Below, piece by piece: positions 35,948 to 46,792 of a stretch of 46,792 bases of DNA. This DNA comes from Pontiella sp. GTDB lineage: Bacteria > Verrucomicrobiota > Kiritimatiellia > Kiritimatiellales > Pontiellaceae. Numbering within the stretch: the first letter of the stretch is position 1; every line of letters begins with the position of its first letter. The notes beneath the pieces were generated by a model. The model saw only the letters and a program-made list of their open reading frames with translations. It searched no databases and was not told the origin of the DNA. The translations under genes were made by a program, and so were the position numbers. The stretch spans positions 1 to 46,792 of the forward strand of contig JBNKSB010000102.1 of NCBI GenBank assembly GCA_050297095.1. Direction: 5' to 3'.

Positions 35948-36490
35948 GTGGTGACAGGGATTCATACATTTGAATCGGCAGTGAGTTGGTATTGTGTGCG
36001 AACCAAGCCCAAGAAAGAACGGGCAGTTGCCGCGATATTGCATTCTTCGCTTTCACTTGAGGTGTTTTGCCCCCAGATTCGTTTTCGGCGCAAAACGGTG
36101 CGCGGACCGGTGTGGTTTCAGGAAGCGATGTTTCCGGGATATATCTTTGTACGGTTCGGTATGACGGAGATGAAGCGCTCCGTTGGCCATACGCCTGGCG
36201 TGTTGAATATTCCTTTTTTTGGTGGCCGGTATGTGCCGGTGCCGGATGATGTCATCGAATCACTTCGCCGGGACCTGGATGAAGAGGGTGCGGTCGATGC
36301 GGGGTTGCCGCTCGAAGTAGGTGATGAAACCACGGTGATGGATGGGTCGATGCGTGGCCTGAAGGTCAAGGTCATCAAGGTGATGCCGGCCGAAGGCCGT
36401 GTTGCGGTGCTGTTGGAGCTGTTGGGAACCTTGGTCGAGGCGGAGTTCCCCTCGAATGCGCTGGAACATCGCGTAATGCATCAGGTTTAA
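35948..36490 (+). CDS. NusG paralog, RfaH/UpxY-type transcription antitermination factor
   Basis: WYCVRTKPKKE, FCPQI, MFPGYIFV, TPGV NGN domain plus KOW motif (GDE..V..G...GL) and RV.VLLELLG; heads a polysaccharide operon. Confidence 0.88.
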   Translation: MVTGIHTFESAVSWYCVRTKPKKERAVAAILHSSLSLEVFCPQIRFRRKTVRGPVWFQEAMFPGYIFVRFGMTEMKRSVGHTPGVLNIPFFGGRYVPVPDDVIESLRRDLDEEGAVDAGLPLEVGDETTVMDGSMRGLKVKVIKVMPAEGRVAVLLELLGTLVEAEFPSNALEHRVMHQV

Positions 36491-36537
36491 CGAATGGCCA
36501 AACATGATTTTTTGCAAATAATGAGGTAGGGAATAAT

Positions 36538-38376
36538 ATGTGCGGAATTGTTGGATATTTTGGAAATCGCAAAGCGTCTGAGATTTTGGTGGATGGTCTG
36601 CGAAGGCTCGAATACCGTGGCTACGATTCGGCCGGGATTGCCTGTCTCTTCGACGGGCAAATCGGTGTCGTCAAGAATCCCGGAAAAATCCGGGCGTTGC
36701 GCGAGCGTGTTGAGGCGTCTCCACTGGACTCCGTAAAACAAGCGGTCACCGGAATCGGGCATACTCGCTGGGCGACGCATGGACCTCCGAATGAAATCAA
36801 TGCACATCCCCACCTGGATGCATCCGGCCATTTTGCCATGGTGCATAACGGCATCATCGAAAACTACAAGTCAATTCGCAATGGGTTGTCACAGCAGGGC
36901 ATTGAATGCGTTTCCGATACTGATTCCGAGGTCTTGGTGCAATTGATTGCGTATTGCTACAAGGGCAATTTAGAAGAGGCAGTTAGTGAAGCTTTGAAAA
37001 AGGTCAAGGGGACTTATGGTATTGTCGTCATGACCGATCACGAACCCGGAAAACTCGTTGCCGCCCGATGCGGTAGCCCGATTGTACTTGGTCTTGGAAA
37101 AGACGAAACCTTGGTGGCGAGCGACGCATCGGCCATCATACCCCATACACGCGATGCGGTTTATCTGGAAGATTTTGACATGGCCGTCATTACGGAGTCC
37201 GGAGTGCAGATGTTCGATCTGCAGCGCGCTCCGGTAAACCGCGAAATTATGGAGATGGACTGGGATGCCGGTGCGGCTGAAAAGGGGGAATATGACCATT
37301 TCATGCTTAAGGAAATGTTCGAGCAACCCGATGCCATCCGCAATGCGATTCGTGGTCGTCTCGATTTTGAAATGGGGACTGCCATTCTGTCAGGGCTCGA
37401 TTTTTCACCACGCGATGCGGCCATGATCAATCGGGTTCTGGTGGTGGGATGCGGCACTTCGATGCATGCAGGCATGGTGGGTGAATATGCCATTGAGGAA
37501 ATGGCCGGCATCTTGGCCGAAGTGGAGCAGGCCGCTGAATTCCGCTATCGTAACCCCATCATCACACCCTCGGATCTGGTGGTTGCGATCAGTCAATCTG
37601 GTGAAACCGCCGATACGTTGGCGGCGGTACGCGAGGCCAAACACAAGGGGGCTGTCGTTGCCGGCGTCTGTAATGTGGTTGGATCTACCATTGCCCGTGA
37701 AACAGGGAGGGGAGTCTATCTGCATGCCGGGCCCGAAATCGGGGTGGCCTCGACCAAGGCCTTCACCTGCCAGGTGTCGGTCATGCTGATGATGGCCTTG
37801 AAAATTGCGCGTACGCGCCGCATGCCGCTCAATGAAGGCGAAGAGCTTTGCCGATGGATCGAACGTTTGCCGGAACTCGTGGAAAAGGTGTTGGGTCAGA
37901 ACGAAGCCATTAAAGCGATTGCGCAGAAGTATGCGGAATGCGAGAACGCTTTCTTTATTGGTCGTGGCTATCTTTATCCGGTGGCGCTGGAAGGAGCATT
38001 AAAGCTCAAGGAAATTAGCTATGTGCATGCGGAAGGCTACCACGCCGCCGAGCTGAAGCATGGCCCCATTGCACTTCTTGAGGAGCGAACGCCGATTATC
38101 GCGCTTCTGAACGATGTGCCCGGTAAAGACAAGACGCTGGGCAATGCCGAAGAATGCAAAGCCCGCAAGGCGCCGGTTATCGCAGTTGTTACCGAGGGAG
38201 ATGAGGAGATTGCGGATGAATTTTCCGACTGCATCGTTGTTCCGGAATGTCCTGCCTGTATTGCTCCGGTACCGACCGCAGTGGCCTTGCAACTTTTGGC
38301 CTACCATATTGCTGCAGCGCGCGGTTGCGAGATTGATCAGCCGCGCAATCTTGCCAAATCCGTTACCGTGGAATAA
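36538..38376 (+). CDS. glmS: Glutamine--fructose-6-phosphate aminotransferase
   Basis: MCGIVG, LEYRGYDSAG, GHTRWATHG, SQSGETADT, VASTKAF, EGALKLKEISY, PRNLAKSVTVE. Confidence 0.98.
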   Translation: MCGIVGYFGNRKASEILVDGLRRLEYRGYDSAGIACLFDGQIGVVKNPGKIRALRERVEASPLDSVKQAVTGIGHTRWATHGPPNEINAHPHLDASGHFAMVHNGIIENYKSIRNGLSQQGIECVSDTDSEVLVQLIAYCYKGNLEEAVSEALKKVKGTYGIVVMTDHEPGKLVAARCGSPIVLGLGKDETLVASDASAIIPHTRDAVYLEDFDMAVITESGVQMFDLQRAPVNREIMEMDWDAGAAEKGEYDHFMLKEMFEQPDAIRNAIRGRLDFEMGTAILSGLDFSPRDAAMINRVLVVGCGTSMHAGMVGEYAIEEMAGILAEVEQAAEFRYRNPIITPSDLVVAISQSGETADTLAAVREAKHKGAVVAGVCNVVGSTIARETGRGVYLHAGPEIGVASTKAFTCQVSVMLMMALKIARTRRMPLNEGEELCRWIERLPELVEKVLGQNEAIKAIAQKYAECENAFFIGRGYLYPVALEGALKLKEISYVHAEGYHAAELKHGPIALLEERTPIIALLNDVPGKDKTLGNAEECKARKAPVIAVVTEGDEEIADEFSDCIVVPECPACIAPVPTAVALQLLAYHIAAARGCEIDQPRNLAKSVTVE

Positions 38377-38409
38377 CTGATATCTTTTTGAAGAAATGGA
38401 TTAACCACT

Positions 38410-39267
38410 ATGAAAGAGAATGAAATGAAGTGTACAGCAGTGAAGGCCGCCATTGATGCTGGTGAAGCCATTTTGGAGATATATAAGCAGGATTTCGACG
38501 TAGAGATCAAAGCGGACAATTCACCTCTAACTGCCGCGGACAAAGCGTCTCACCAGATCATTGTCGATGCGCTGGCAAGCACGCCATACCCTGTGCTATC
38601 AGAAGAGAGCGCTGAAATTGAATATAATGATCGGAAAGATTGGGATAAGTATTGGCTGGTTGATCCCTTGGACGGAACTAAGGAGTTTATAAAGAAAAAC
38701 GGCGAATTTACGGTCAACATCGCTTTAATCGAAAAAGGAGTTCCGGTTTTAGGGATCGTTTATGTTCCGGTTGAAGGTACGCTTTATTTTGGATCCGAAG
38801 AGGGTGCTTTCAAGGCGCGTGATTGTACCGGGAAGCCGATAGAAGATATCCTTGAATCGGCTACTGCCTGCCGGATTTCGGGAACACCGTCAAAGCCTTT
38901 ACGCGTCGTCGCTTCAAAATCGCACTGCAACGACGAAACCCGGAAGTTTATTTCCGATCTGGAAGATCGGTATGGGGAAGTTGAACTGGTATCGCGGGGA
39001 AGCTCGCTCAAGCTCTGCATGGTTGCTGAAGGGGTTGCTGATATCTACCCGCGAATTGCTCCTACCATGGAATGGGATACTGCAGCGGCCCATGCCGTTG
39101 TGTGTGCCGCGGGAGGCGGAGTGTTTGAATTTGATGCTTACTTGCCTGTCATGGCCTATGGTGCAACGGGTGAAAGTGAGGAAGGAAAGCCGATTAAGCT
39201 TCGGTATAATAAGGAGAATCTGCTAAATCCTTATTTCGTTGTAAGTGGTTTGTCGAATAAATCGTGA
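38410..39267 (+). CDS. cysQ: 3'(2'),5'-bisphosphate nucleotidase CysQ
   Basis: K.D.SPLT.AD, LSEE, WLVDPLDGTKEF, GEFTVNIAL, GSSLK, EWDTAAA, LRYNK..LLNP. Confidence 0.94.
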   Translation: MKENEMKCTAVKAAIDAGEAILEIYKQDFDVEIKADNSPLTAADKASHQIIVDALASTPYPVLSEESAEIEYNDRKDWDKYWLVDPLDGTKEFIKKNGEFTVNIALIEKGVPVLGIVYVPVEGTLYFGSEEGAFKARDCTGKPIEDILESATACRISGTPSKPLRVVASKSHCNDETRKFISDLEDRYGEVELVSRGSSLKLCMVAEGVADIYPRIAPTMEWDTAAAHAVVCAAGGGVFEFDAYLPVMAYGATGESEEGKPIKLRYNKENLLNPYFVVSGLSNKS

Positions 39268-39342
39268 ATATCTCGTAGACAATATAGTTAATACATTATA
39301 CCAATGGTCATGTTTTCGATTTAAAACTGTATGGAGAAAAGT

Positions 39343-40245
39343 ATGAGTAGCTACAATCTATCCCACTTGAAGCAACTGGAAGCGGAAAGCATCCATATTA
39401 TTCGCGAGGTTGCTGCCGAATTCGATAATCCGGTCATGCTCTATTCGATTGGCAAGGATTCCTCTGTTATGCTGCATTTGGCTCACAAGGCGTTTGCACC
39501 GGGTAAAATTCCTTTTCCGCTGATGCATGTCGATACGCAGTGGAAGTTTCGGGACATGTATAAGTTCCGGACGCTGATGGCCGAGAAATATGAGGTCGAC
39601 ATCAAAGTGTGGATCAATCCTGAAGGCAAGGATCAGGTTGGTCCATTCAGCCATGGTTCCGAAAAGCATACCGAGATCATGAAGACGGATGCCCTGAAGC
39701 AGGCGTTGAACCACTACAAGTTTGATGCGGCATTCGGAGGGGCCCGCCGCGATGAGGAAAAAAGCCGCGCCAAGGAGCGCGTCTATAGTTTCCGCAATGA
39801 ATATCACCAGTGGGATCCGAAAAACCAACGTCCAGAGCTATGGAATCTTTACAACGCCAAGATCAACAAGGGTGAGTCGATCCGCGTATTTCCGCTTTCC
39901 AACTGGACGGAACTCGACATTTGGCTCTATCTGCTTCGCGAAGATATACCGATTGTTCCTCTTTACTATGCTGCCGAGCGTCCCGTGGTGGAGCGTGATG
40001 GAGTCCTCATTATGGTTGATGACGAGCGCATGCCCCTCAAGGAGGGCGAAACACCCATGATGAAAAAAGTTCGTTTCCGCACGTTGGGTTGCTATCCGCT
40101 CACGGGAGCGGTCGAGTCCAATGCGGAGACTGTTGAGGAAATTGTTCAGGAAATGCTCCTGACCACGACTTCGGAACGTCAGGGGCGGGTAATCGATAGC
40201 GACACCTCCTCCATGGAAGAAAAGAAAAAGGACGGGTATTTCTAA
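39343..40245 (+). CDS. cysD: Sulfate adenylyltransferase subunit 2
   Basis: [54 protein letters not shown]. Confidence 0.97.
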   Translation: MSSYNLSHLKQLEAESIHIIREVAAEFDNPVMLYSIGKDSSVMLHLAHKAFAPGKIPFPLMHVDTQWKFRDMYKFRTLMAEKYEVDIKVWINPEGKDQVGPFSHGSEKHTEIMKTDALKQALNHYKFDAAFGGARRDEEKSRAKERVYSFRNEYHQWDPKNQRPELWNLYNAKINKGESIRVFPLSNWTELDIWLYLLREDIPIVPLYYAAERPVVERDGVLIMVDDERMPLKEGETPMMKKVRFRTLGCYPLTGAVESNAETVEEIVQEMLLTTTSERQGRVIDSDTSSMEEKKKDGYF

Positions 40246-42209
40246 TGGCTGACTCAACATACAAGATTCAGGAAGAAGCGCTGATTCGGTCGGATATCAG
40301 CGAATATCTCAATCGTCACGAAACCAAGGATTTGCTGCGGTTGCTAACCTGTGGTTCTGTAGACGATGGAAAGTCGACCCTAATTGGGCGGTTGCTCTAC
40401 GACACCCACATGATCTACGAGGATCAGCTTGAAAAGGTAACGAAGGATTCCAAGGTTTACGGAACGACCGGAGAGGACTTTGATCCGGCGTTGCTGACGG
40501 ATGGTTTGAAGGCCGAACGGGAACAGGGCATCACCATTGACGTAGCCTATCGCTACATCTCGACCGACCGGCGGAAGTTTATTGTCGCCGACTGTCCCGG
40601 CCATGAGCAGTACACCCGCAATATGGCAACGGGGGCATCTACGTGTAACCTCGCGGTCATATTGATCGATGCACGATACGGGGTGATCTCCCAAACCAAG
40701 CGTCACAGCTTTATCTGTTCTTTGCTGGGCATCAAGCACGTGGTTGTCGCCGTCAATAAAATGGATTTGGTCGATTGGTCCGAAGAGACCTACAACAAGA
40801 TTGTAGAGGACTATAATGCCTTCGTTTCCCGGCTGAATTTCTCGGACATCCATTTCATTCCCATTTCGGCGCTGAAGGGCGATAATGTCGTTTCCCATAG
40901 TGAAAAACTGGCTTGGTACGACGGCCCGACTTTCCTCCACCATCTTGAAAGCGTGAACATCTCCACCGACCGAAACCTGATTGATATGCGTTTCCCGGTA
41001 CAGTATGTCTTGCGCCCGAATCTTGATTTCCGCGGTTTCAGCGGAACGCTGGCTTCCGGCGTCATCCGCAAGGGCGACGCCGTCGCAAGCCTGCCCTCCC
41101 GCCAGCAGTCTACGGTCAAAGCCATTTATGGTCCGGATGGAGAGGTTGATGAAGCGTTCTCCCCTCAGGCGATCACTGTGACTCTTAATGATGAGATCGA
41201 TGTGTCGCGTGGCAATATGCTGGTTCCCGTAAACAATGTGCCGCACATTGGGAATGAGTTCGAAGCCATGGTGGTTTGGATGCATGAAGGTGCTGCGCAA
41301 CCGGGCAAGAGCTATCTCATTAAACATACGTCAACCATGGTGCCGGGCGTGCTGACAGATATCCGCTACAAGGTGGATGTCAATACGATGAAGCGCGATA
41401 AAAACGAGGAGGCGGGAAACGCCCCCGATTTGCAATTGAATGAAATCGGTCGTTGCCATATCACCCTCCACCGACCGATTGCGTTTGATCCGTATGAACG
41501 CAATCGCGCAACGGGGGCCTTCATCATAGTCGACCGTTTGAGCAATGTCACAGTTGCCGCTGGTATGATTGTTGATCGAATCGTTTCCAAACCGGGGCAC
41601 AAGAAAGCTCCGGTTAGTCAGAACATTGTCAAGAGCGATAGCTTGGTCAGTGCTGAAGATCGGAAAAAACTGCTGAACCAGCAGGGCGCTACCATCTGGT
41701 TGACAGGGTTGAGCGGTTCCGGAAAGTCTACCATCGCGAAGCAGTTGGAGAAGGACCTGATCGAGCAGGGGCATCTTTGCTATATTCTCGACGGCGATAA
41801 CATTCGGCACGGACTCAACCGGGATCTGGGCTTCTCGATGGAGGACCGCAAGGAAAACATCCGCCGTATCTCCGAAGTGGCGGCACTTATGAACGATGCA
41901 GGCGTGATTGTGATTACTTCGTTCATCTCGCCCTATATCTCCGACCGTGCCGCCGCTCGCGAAGTAATCGGTGACGCCGCGTTTGTTGAGGCGTTTGTGG
42001 ATACTCCGATTGAAATTTGCGAGCAACGCGATCCGAAAGGGCTCTATAAGAAAGCCCGCGCCGGAGAAATTCAACAGTTTACCGGTGTCAGCGATCTATA
42101 TGAAGCACCTCAGGATGCGGAAATCACACTTGCGACCGATGAACTGACTCCGGAACAAGCCTCTGGCATCATCGTTGATGATCTCCGGAGTCGCGGAATA
42201 ATTCGATAA
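40245..42209 (+). CDS. cysNC: Bifunctional sulfate adenylyltransferase subunit 1 / adenylyl-sulfate kinase (CysNC/NodQ)
   Basis: [30 protein letters not shown] GTPase motifs, fused to an APS kinase domain ([26 protein letters not shown]). Confidence 0.97.
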   Translation: MADSTYKIQEEALIRSDISEYLNRHETKDLLRLLTCGSVDDGKSTLIGRLLYDTHMIYEDQLEKVTKDSKVYGTTGEDFDPALLTDGLKAEREQGITIDVAYRYISTDRRKFIVADCPGHEQYTRNMATGASTCNLAVILIDARYGVISQTKRHSFICSLLGIKHVVVAVNKMDLVDWSEETYNKIVEDYNAFVSRLNFSDIHFIPISALKGDNVVSHSEKLAWYDGPTFLHHLESVNISTDRNLIDMRFPVQYVLRPNLDFRGFSGTLASGVIRKGDAVASLPSRQQSTVKAIYGPDGEVDEAFSPQAITVTLNDEIDVSRGNMLVPVNNVPHIGNEFEAMVVWMHEGAAQPGKSYLIKHTSTMVPGVLTDIRYKVDVNTMKRDKNEEAGNAPDLQLNEIGRCHITLHRPIAFDPYERNRATGAFIIVDRLSNVTVAAGMIVDRIVSKPGHKKAPVSQNIVKSDSLVSAEDRKKLLNQQGATIWLTGLSGSGKSTIAKQLEKDLIEQGHLCYILDGDNIRHGLNRDLGFSMEDRKENIRRISEVAALMNDAGVIVITSFISPYISDRAAAREVIGDAAFVEAFVDTPIEICEQRDPKGLYKKARAGEIQQFTGVSDLYEAPQDAEITLATDELTPEQASGIIVDDLRSRGIIR

Positions 42210-42246
42210 GCGAGCTGTTTGGAAGCGGTATGGGTAGTATTCTACA

Positions 42247-43131
42247 ATGATGAAAGAAGTATTGATTACCGGTTCGAAGGGGCAGCTGGGCAATGACTGC
42301 CTGGATGTTTTGGGGGAATCTTTTTCGGTAAAAGGAGTGGATCTACCAGAGGTGGATCTCTCGGATCGGCACCAATGCTTCAGGGTGCTGGATCAACTGC
42401 GGCCCCAGATCATTGTCAATTGTGCGGCTTTTACGGCTGTTGATGCCTGCGAGACTGACAAGTCCTGCTGGAATGCCAACGCCGATTTGCCGGGCTATCT
42501 GGCCGAGTGGGTTGAAAAAAACGGATCCTATCTGGTGCATGTTTCAACAGACTATGTCTTCCCTGGAAACAAGCCTTTGTTTGAGCCGTTGACGGAGTCC
42601 GATCTGCCAAAACCGATCTCAGAATACGGAAGATCAAAGCTGGCCGGCGAACAGGCGATTGCCGAACGCACGGAAAATTTTTCCATTATGCGGACGGCGT
42701 GGCTTTATGGTGCCAAGGGAAAGAATTTCCTGAAAACGATGTTACGGCTCACGTTGCAGAATCCGGAAAAAGAGTTCAAGGTGGTGAACGATCAGTACGG
42801 TTCTCCAACATGGTCGAATACCTTGGCCCGGCAAATCAGGGAAATTGCGGAGCTACAGGCAAAAGGGATTTTTCACGCTTCATCCGAAGGGTATTGCACG
42901 TGGTATGAATTCGCTTGTGCTGTTCTCGATGAATTTGGAATTCAGCATCGTTTTGTTCCGTGCACGAGCGATGAGTTTCCTACGCCCACGAAACGGCCAG
43001 AGAATTCCATTCTCGAAAATTCCCATGCAAAGCAACTCGGGATTAACGTTTTCAAGGATTGGAAGGTTGAGTTGAAGAATTATGTCGCACAACACGGTGA
43101 TGAGGTTTTGAAGGAGATTCGGTCATTATGA
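42247..43131 (+). CDS. rmlD: dTDP-4-dehydrorhamnose reductase
   Basis: [42 protein letters not shown]. Confidence 0.94.
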   Translation: MMKEVLITGSKGQLGNDCLDVLGESFSVKGVDLPEVDLSDRHQCFRVLDQLRPQIIVNCAAFTAVDACETDKSCWNANADLPGYLAEWVEKNGSYLVHVSTDYVFPGNKPLFEPLTESDLPKPISEYGRSKLAGEQAIAERTENFSIMRTAWLYGAKGKNFLKTMLRLTLQNPEKEFKVVNDQYGSPTWSNTLARQIREIAELQAKGIFHASSEGYCTWYEFACAVLDEFGIQHRFVPCTSDEFPTPTKRPENSILENSHAKQLGINVFKDWKVELKNYVAQHGDEVLKEIRSL

Positions 43132-44180
43132 AGAAAGTGCTTGTTACGGGTGGGGCGGGATTTATTGGATCGGCAGTGTGCCGCTATTTGGTTAAAGAAA
43201 GGCAGTTGTCCGTTTTGAACGTGGATAAGCTGACCTATGCCGGTGTCCCGGAATCACTGAAAGAAATTGAAGACAGCCCGCTTTACCTTTTTGCAAAGGC
43301 GGATGTGTGCGACAAGCAGGCGATTGGCGGTTTGTTTTCTGAATTTCAGCCGGACGCCGTGATGCATCTGGCTGCGGAATCGCACGTGGATCGATCGATC
43401 GATGGTCCGGCCGCCTTTATTGAAACCAATATTTTTGGTACATATAATATGCTCGAATGTGCCCGTGAATATTGGAATAGCCTTGATGATCAGCGGAAAC
43501 GCGATTTTCGTTTTCATCACATCTCTACCGATGAAGTCTATGGATCGCTGGGAGAAGAGGGGTTGTTTGAAGAGACTACACCATACGACCCGCGTTCGCC
43601 CTATTCCGCCAGCAAGGCCTCAAGCGACCATTTGGTAATGGCTTGGTTTCATACCTACGGCATGCCGGTTGTTGTCACGAATTGCTCGAACAACTACGGA
43701 CCCTATCATTTTCCGGAAAAGCTCATCCCGCTGGTAATCTTGAATGCTTTGGATGAAAAGACGCTGCCGGTTTATGGCAAGGGTGACAACATTCGCGACT
43801 GGCTCTATGTGGAAGATCATGCGCGGGCACTGGTAACCGTGGTTGAAACCGGGCGGCTGGGCGAAACCTATAATGTCGGAGGGCGCAACGAGCGAACCAA
43901 TCTGGAAGTGGTTGAAACCATATGCAGAATTCTGGATGAGCTAAAACCGCGCGATGAGGGTTCCTATCTGGATCTGATTACATTTGTTGCTGACCGTCCG
44001 GGACACGACAAGCGGTATGCCATCGATGCGACCAAACTCGAAACTGAGCTCGGGTGGAAGGCTCAGGAAAACTTTGATACGGGCATCCGTCGAACCATAC
44101 AGTGGTATCTTGACAACGATTGGTGGTGGCGACCGATCCGGGAAGGCCGTTATTCAGGAGAACGTTTGGGGAAAGCATAA
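43128..44180 (+). CDS. rmlB: dTDP-glucose 4,6-dehydratase
   Basis: [49 protein letters not shown]. Confidence 0.97.
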   Translation: MKKVLVTGGAGFIGSAVCRYLVKERQLSVLNVDKLTYAGVPESLKEIEDSPLYLFAKADVCDKQAIGGLFSEFQPDAVMHLAAESHVDRSIDGPAAFIETNIFGTYNMLECAREYWNSLDDQRKRDFRFHHISTDEVYGSLGEEGLFEETTPYDPRSPYSASKASSDHLVMAWFHTYGMPVVVTNCSNNYGPYHFPEKLIPLVILNALDEKTLPVYGKGDNIRDWLYVEDHARALVTVVETGRLGETYNVGGRNERTNLEVVETICRILDELKPRDEGSYLDLITFVADRPGHDKRYAIDATKLETELGWKAQENFDTGIRRTIQWYLDNDWWWRPIREGRYSGERLGKA

Positions 44181-44192
44181 AAGGGGGAGACT

Positions 44193-45065
44193 ATGAAGGG
44201 GATTATTCTGGCAGGTGGAAGTGGAACACGTCTGTATCCACTGACCAAGGTGGTTAGCAAGCAAATGCTTCCCGTTTATGACAAACCTATGATCTACTAT
44301 CCGCTGTCAACCTTGATGTTGGCCGGTATTCGGGAGGTGCTTATCATCAGTACACCTCATGATCTTCCTCTGTTTGAACAATTACTTGGGGATGGAAGTC
44401 AAGTTGGCATGAAGTTCAGCTATGCCGAGCAGCCAAATCCCGAAGGACTGGCGCAAGCATTTATCATTGGCAAGGAGTTCATCGGTGACGACTCCGTAGC
44501 CATGGTGCTAGGCGATAACATTTTCTACGGACATGGTTTTCAGGGTATGTTGCAGTCTGCAATGGAACGTGATCGAGGCGCGACCATTTTTGCGTATCCT
44601 GTGTTGGATCCGGAACGCTACGGCGTAGTGGAATTTGACACGAACGGAAAGGCACTTTCTCTAGAGGAAAAGCCGGTAGAGCCAAAATCGAACTATGCCA
44701 TTCCCGGTCTGTATTTCTATGACAACCGAGTCGTGGACATTGCAGAAAACATGAAGCCGTCTGCGCGAGGGGAATTGGAGATTACGGACGTTAATAAGCA
44801 ATACCTTGAATGGGGCGAGTTGAATGTACAAAGCCTTGGACGTGGCTTTGCCTGGCTTGATACAGGAACCCACGACTCGATGCACGAGGCTTCCGGCTAT
44901 GTTGAAACCATTGAAAAACGGCAGGGATTGAAGATTTCCTGTATTGAGGAAATTGCTTATCGCCAAGGTTATATAGATCGCGAACAGTTGATTGCCATTG
45001 GTAAAGAAATGGAAAAAAACAACTATGGGCAGTATCTTCTCCGGCTTGCAGAAGGTGGGTTCTAA
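44193..45065 (+). CDS. rmlA: Glucose-1-phosphate thymidylyltransferase
   Basis: [50 protein letters not shown]. Confidence 0.97.
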   Translation: MKGIILAGGSGTRLYPLTKVVSKQMLPVYDKPMIYYPLSTLMLAGIREVLIISTPHDLPLFEQLLGDGSQVGMKFSYAEQPNPEGLAQAFIIGKEFIGDDSVAMVLGDNIFYGHGFQGMLQSAMERDRGATIFAYPVLDPERYGVVEFDTNGKALSLEEKPVEPKSNYAIPGLYFYDNRVVDIAENMKPSARGELEITDVNKQYLEWGELNVQSLGRGFAWLDTGTHDSMHEASGYVETIEKRQGLKISCIEEIAYRQGYIDREQLIAIGKEMEKNNYGQYLLRLAEGGF

Positions 45066-45607
45066 TGGAGGCCGTCGAACTTGCGATTCCTGAAGTCAAA
45101 CTGATCAAACCTCGTCGGTTTAACGATGATAGAGGGTTTTTTCAGCAGACCTACCATTATGAGCAATATGCCGAGGCAGGGATCATGACACGTTTTGTGC
45201 AGGACAACTGGTCCCGGTCATCAAAAGGAGTTTTGCGCGGGTTGCATTACCAGCTTGAACACCCGCAAGCCAAATTGGTCAGCGTGATCCGCGGCGAAGT
45301 TTATGATGTTGCTGTAGACATGAGAAAGAGTTCTTCGACCTTCGGCCAGTGGGTGGGAGAACTCTTGTCCGCAGAAAATGGCCATCAGCTGTTTGTTCCT
45401 GAGGGGTTTGCCCACGGTTTTGTCGTTCTGAGTGATACCGTTGATTTTATGTACAAATGCAGCGATTTCTACACGCCAGGTGATGAGTATGGTGTAATCT
45501 GGAACGATCCGGATCTGGGTGTTGAGTGGCCGGACATGGAAACCCCATTGGTTTCCGGTAAGGATGCAGCTTTGCCGGATCTTTCGGACGCGGTTTTGTT
45601 TAAATAG
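45065..45607 (+). CDS. rmlC: dTDP-4-dehydrorhamnose 3,5-epimerase
   Basis: [37 protein letters not shown]. Confidence 0.96.
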   Translation: MEAVELAIPEVKLIKPRRFNDDRGFFQQTYHYEQYAEAGIMTRFVQDNWSRSSKGVLRGLHYQLEHPQAKLVSVIRGEVYDVAVDMRKSSSTFGQWVGELLSAENGHQLFVPEGFAHGFVVLSDTVDFMYKCSDFYTPGDEYGVIWNDPDLGVEWPDMETPLVSGKDAALPDLSDAVLFK

Positions 45608-45624
45608 AAATTAAAGGAGATTCC

Positions 45625-46677
45625 ATGAAAAAGGCCTTGATTACGGGAATTACAGGACAGGATGGATCCTATTTGACCGAACTCTTGCTGGCGAAAGGCT
45701 ACGAGGTCCATGGGATCATTCGCAGGGCCAGTTCATTCAATACCGGGCGCATTGATCACCTCTACAAGGACCGGCATGAAACCGGTGTTAAGATGTTTCT
45801 GCATTATGGTGATCTCACCGATTCAAGTAATCTGAATCGACTGATTGAAAAAATCGGTCCCCATGAAATCTATAATTTAGCTGCACAGTCGCATGTCCAG
45901 GTTTCCTTTCAGGTGCCGGAATATACTGCGGAAGTCGATGCAACCGGCACGCTGCGTTTGCTGGATGCCATTCGCGAAACCGGCGTTCCTTCGCGCTTCT
46001 ATCAGGCTTCGACGTCTGAGCTATACGGCAAGGTGCAGGAAGTTCCTCAGACCGAAACCACGCCGTTCTATCCGCGCTCTCCGTATGCGGTTGCGAAGCA
46101 GTATGGGTTCTGGATCGTCAAGAACTACCGCGAGTCCTATGGCCTGCATGCGAGCAACGGCATTCTCTTCAACCATGAATCTCCCCGTCGCGGTGAAACC
46201 TTCGTGACCCGCAAGATTACGATGGCCGTCGCACGTATCTCGCGTGGCCTGCAGAAGTGTCTGTACATGGGCAACATCAACGCACTTCGTGACTGGGGCT
46301 ACGCTCCCGACTATGTCGAAATGATGTGGATGATGCTTCAACAGGATACCCCCGACGATTTCGTCGTAGCGACCAACGAAATGCACACGGTACGCGAATT
46401 TATTGAAAAATCGTTCGCCCATGTCGATATCACCATCGAATGGGAAGGAGACGGTGTAGACGAGATAGGTCGCAACAAGGCAACGGGTGACATCGTTGTG
46501 CGCATGGATCAGCGCTACTATCGCCCTTGCGAAGTGGAGCAGTTGCTCGGCAATCCTGCCAAGGCCAAAGCTCAGCTGGGATGGGAGCCCAAGGTGAAGT
46601 TTGAGCAGCTTGTGGAAATCATGACTGCCGGCGACCTCCGTCTGCTCGATAATCCGAAGTACGAAATTGGGTTTTAA
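45625..46677 (+). CDS. gmd: GDP-mannose 4,6-dehydratase
   Basis: [63 protein letters not shown]. Confidence 0.97.
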   Translation: MKKALITGITGQDGSYLTELLLAKGYEVHGIIRRASSFNTGRIDHLYKDRHETGVKMFLHYGDLTDSSNLNRLIEKIGPHEIYNLAAQSHVQVSFQVPEYTAEVDATGTLRLLDAIRETGVPSRFYQASTSELYGKVQEVPQTETTPFYPRSPYAVAKQYGFWIVKNYRESYGLHASNGILFNHESPRRGETFVTRKITMAVARISRGLQKCLYMGNINALRDWGYAPDYVEMMWMMLQQDTPDDFVVATNEMHTVREFIEKSFAHVDITIEWEGDGVDEIGRNKATGDIVVRMDQRYYRPCEVEQLLGNPAKAKAQLGWEPKVKFEQLVEIMTAGDLRLLDNPKYEIGF

Positions 46678-46686
46678 GGCAATCGC

Positions 46687-46792
46687 ATGGAACTGAACTC
46701 TAAAATATATGTGGCTGGTCACATGGGACTGGTCGGCAGTGGAATTTGGCGTGCGCTCGAACGGCATGGATATACCAACTTGATGGGGAAGT
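46687..46792 (+). CDS. fcl: GDP-L-fucose synthase (5' part; runs off the right edge)
   Basis: MELNSKIYVAGHMGLVGSGIWRALERHGYTNLMGK matches the Fcl N-terminus (IYVAGHxGLVGS); directly follows gmd. Confidence 0.85.
   Translation, partial: MELNSKIYVAGHMGLVGSGIWRALERHGYTNLMGK

Noticed and set aside
36491-36537. glmS ribozyme
   Set aside because: The 47-nt gap is far too short and lacks the conserved core.
40380-42074. Minus-strand ORFs of 315 aa and 247 aa
   Set aside because: Antisense shadows of cysNC.
1-46792. CRISPR arrays, IS elements, integrases, prophage genes, rRNA
   Set aside because: No regularly spaced direct repeats, transposase/integrase motifs or rRNA-like sequence were seen; nearly all of the window is accounted for by recognisable genes.

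Overview
Gene-dense bacterial chromosomal window. A 51-aa small basic protein at 25574-25729 (missed by the ORF track) resembles the PVC-superphylum signature protein, so the source is probably a PVC organism; a Verrucomicrobiota/Kiritimatiellota-like origin is an inference. Positions 1-35.3 kb are mostly housekeeping genes: tex (partial), glnS, thioredoxin-fold proteins, xth, two tandem mscS, icd, cca, dsbD, tig-clpP-clpX, manA, dciA-like, PIN-PhoH, a degenerate ispD-like gene, metY-metX-yaaA under a SAM-I riboswitch, gcvT-gcvPA-gcvPB, waaA and sahR-ahcY with a palindromic operator. From 35.4 kb to the right edge is the start of a long co-directional surface-polysaccharide locus. It is headed by a GbsR/MarR-type regulator and an RfaH/UpxY-type antiterminator, followed by glmS, a complete PAPS module (cysQ, cysD, cysNC), rmlDBAC and gmd-fcl. 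This is the best candidate for an undescribed system: biosynthesis of a sulfated rhamnose/fucose/hexosamine-containing surface or extracellular polymer. Other leads are a secreted 10-Cys/Lys-rich mini-protein, an IspD paralog lacking its CTP-binding catalytic residues, tandem NrdR-like boxes with no nrd gene nearby, and a decayed gene remnant behind glnS. No rRNA, tRNA, CRISPR array or transposase was recognised. All calls come from reading motifs by eye; no database searches were run.
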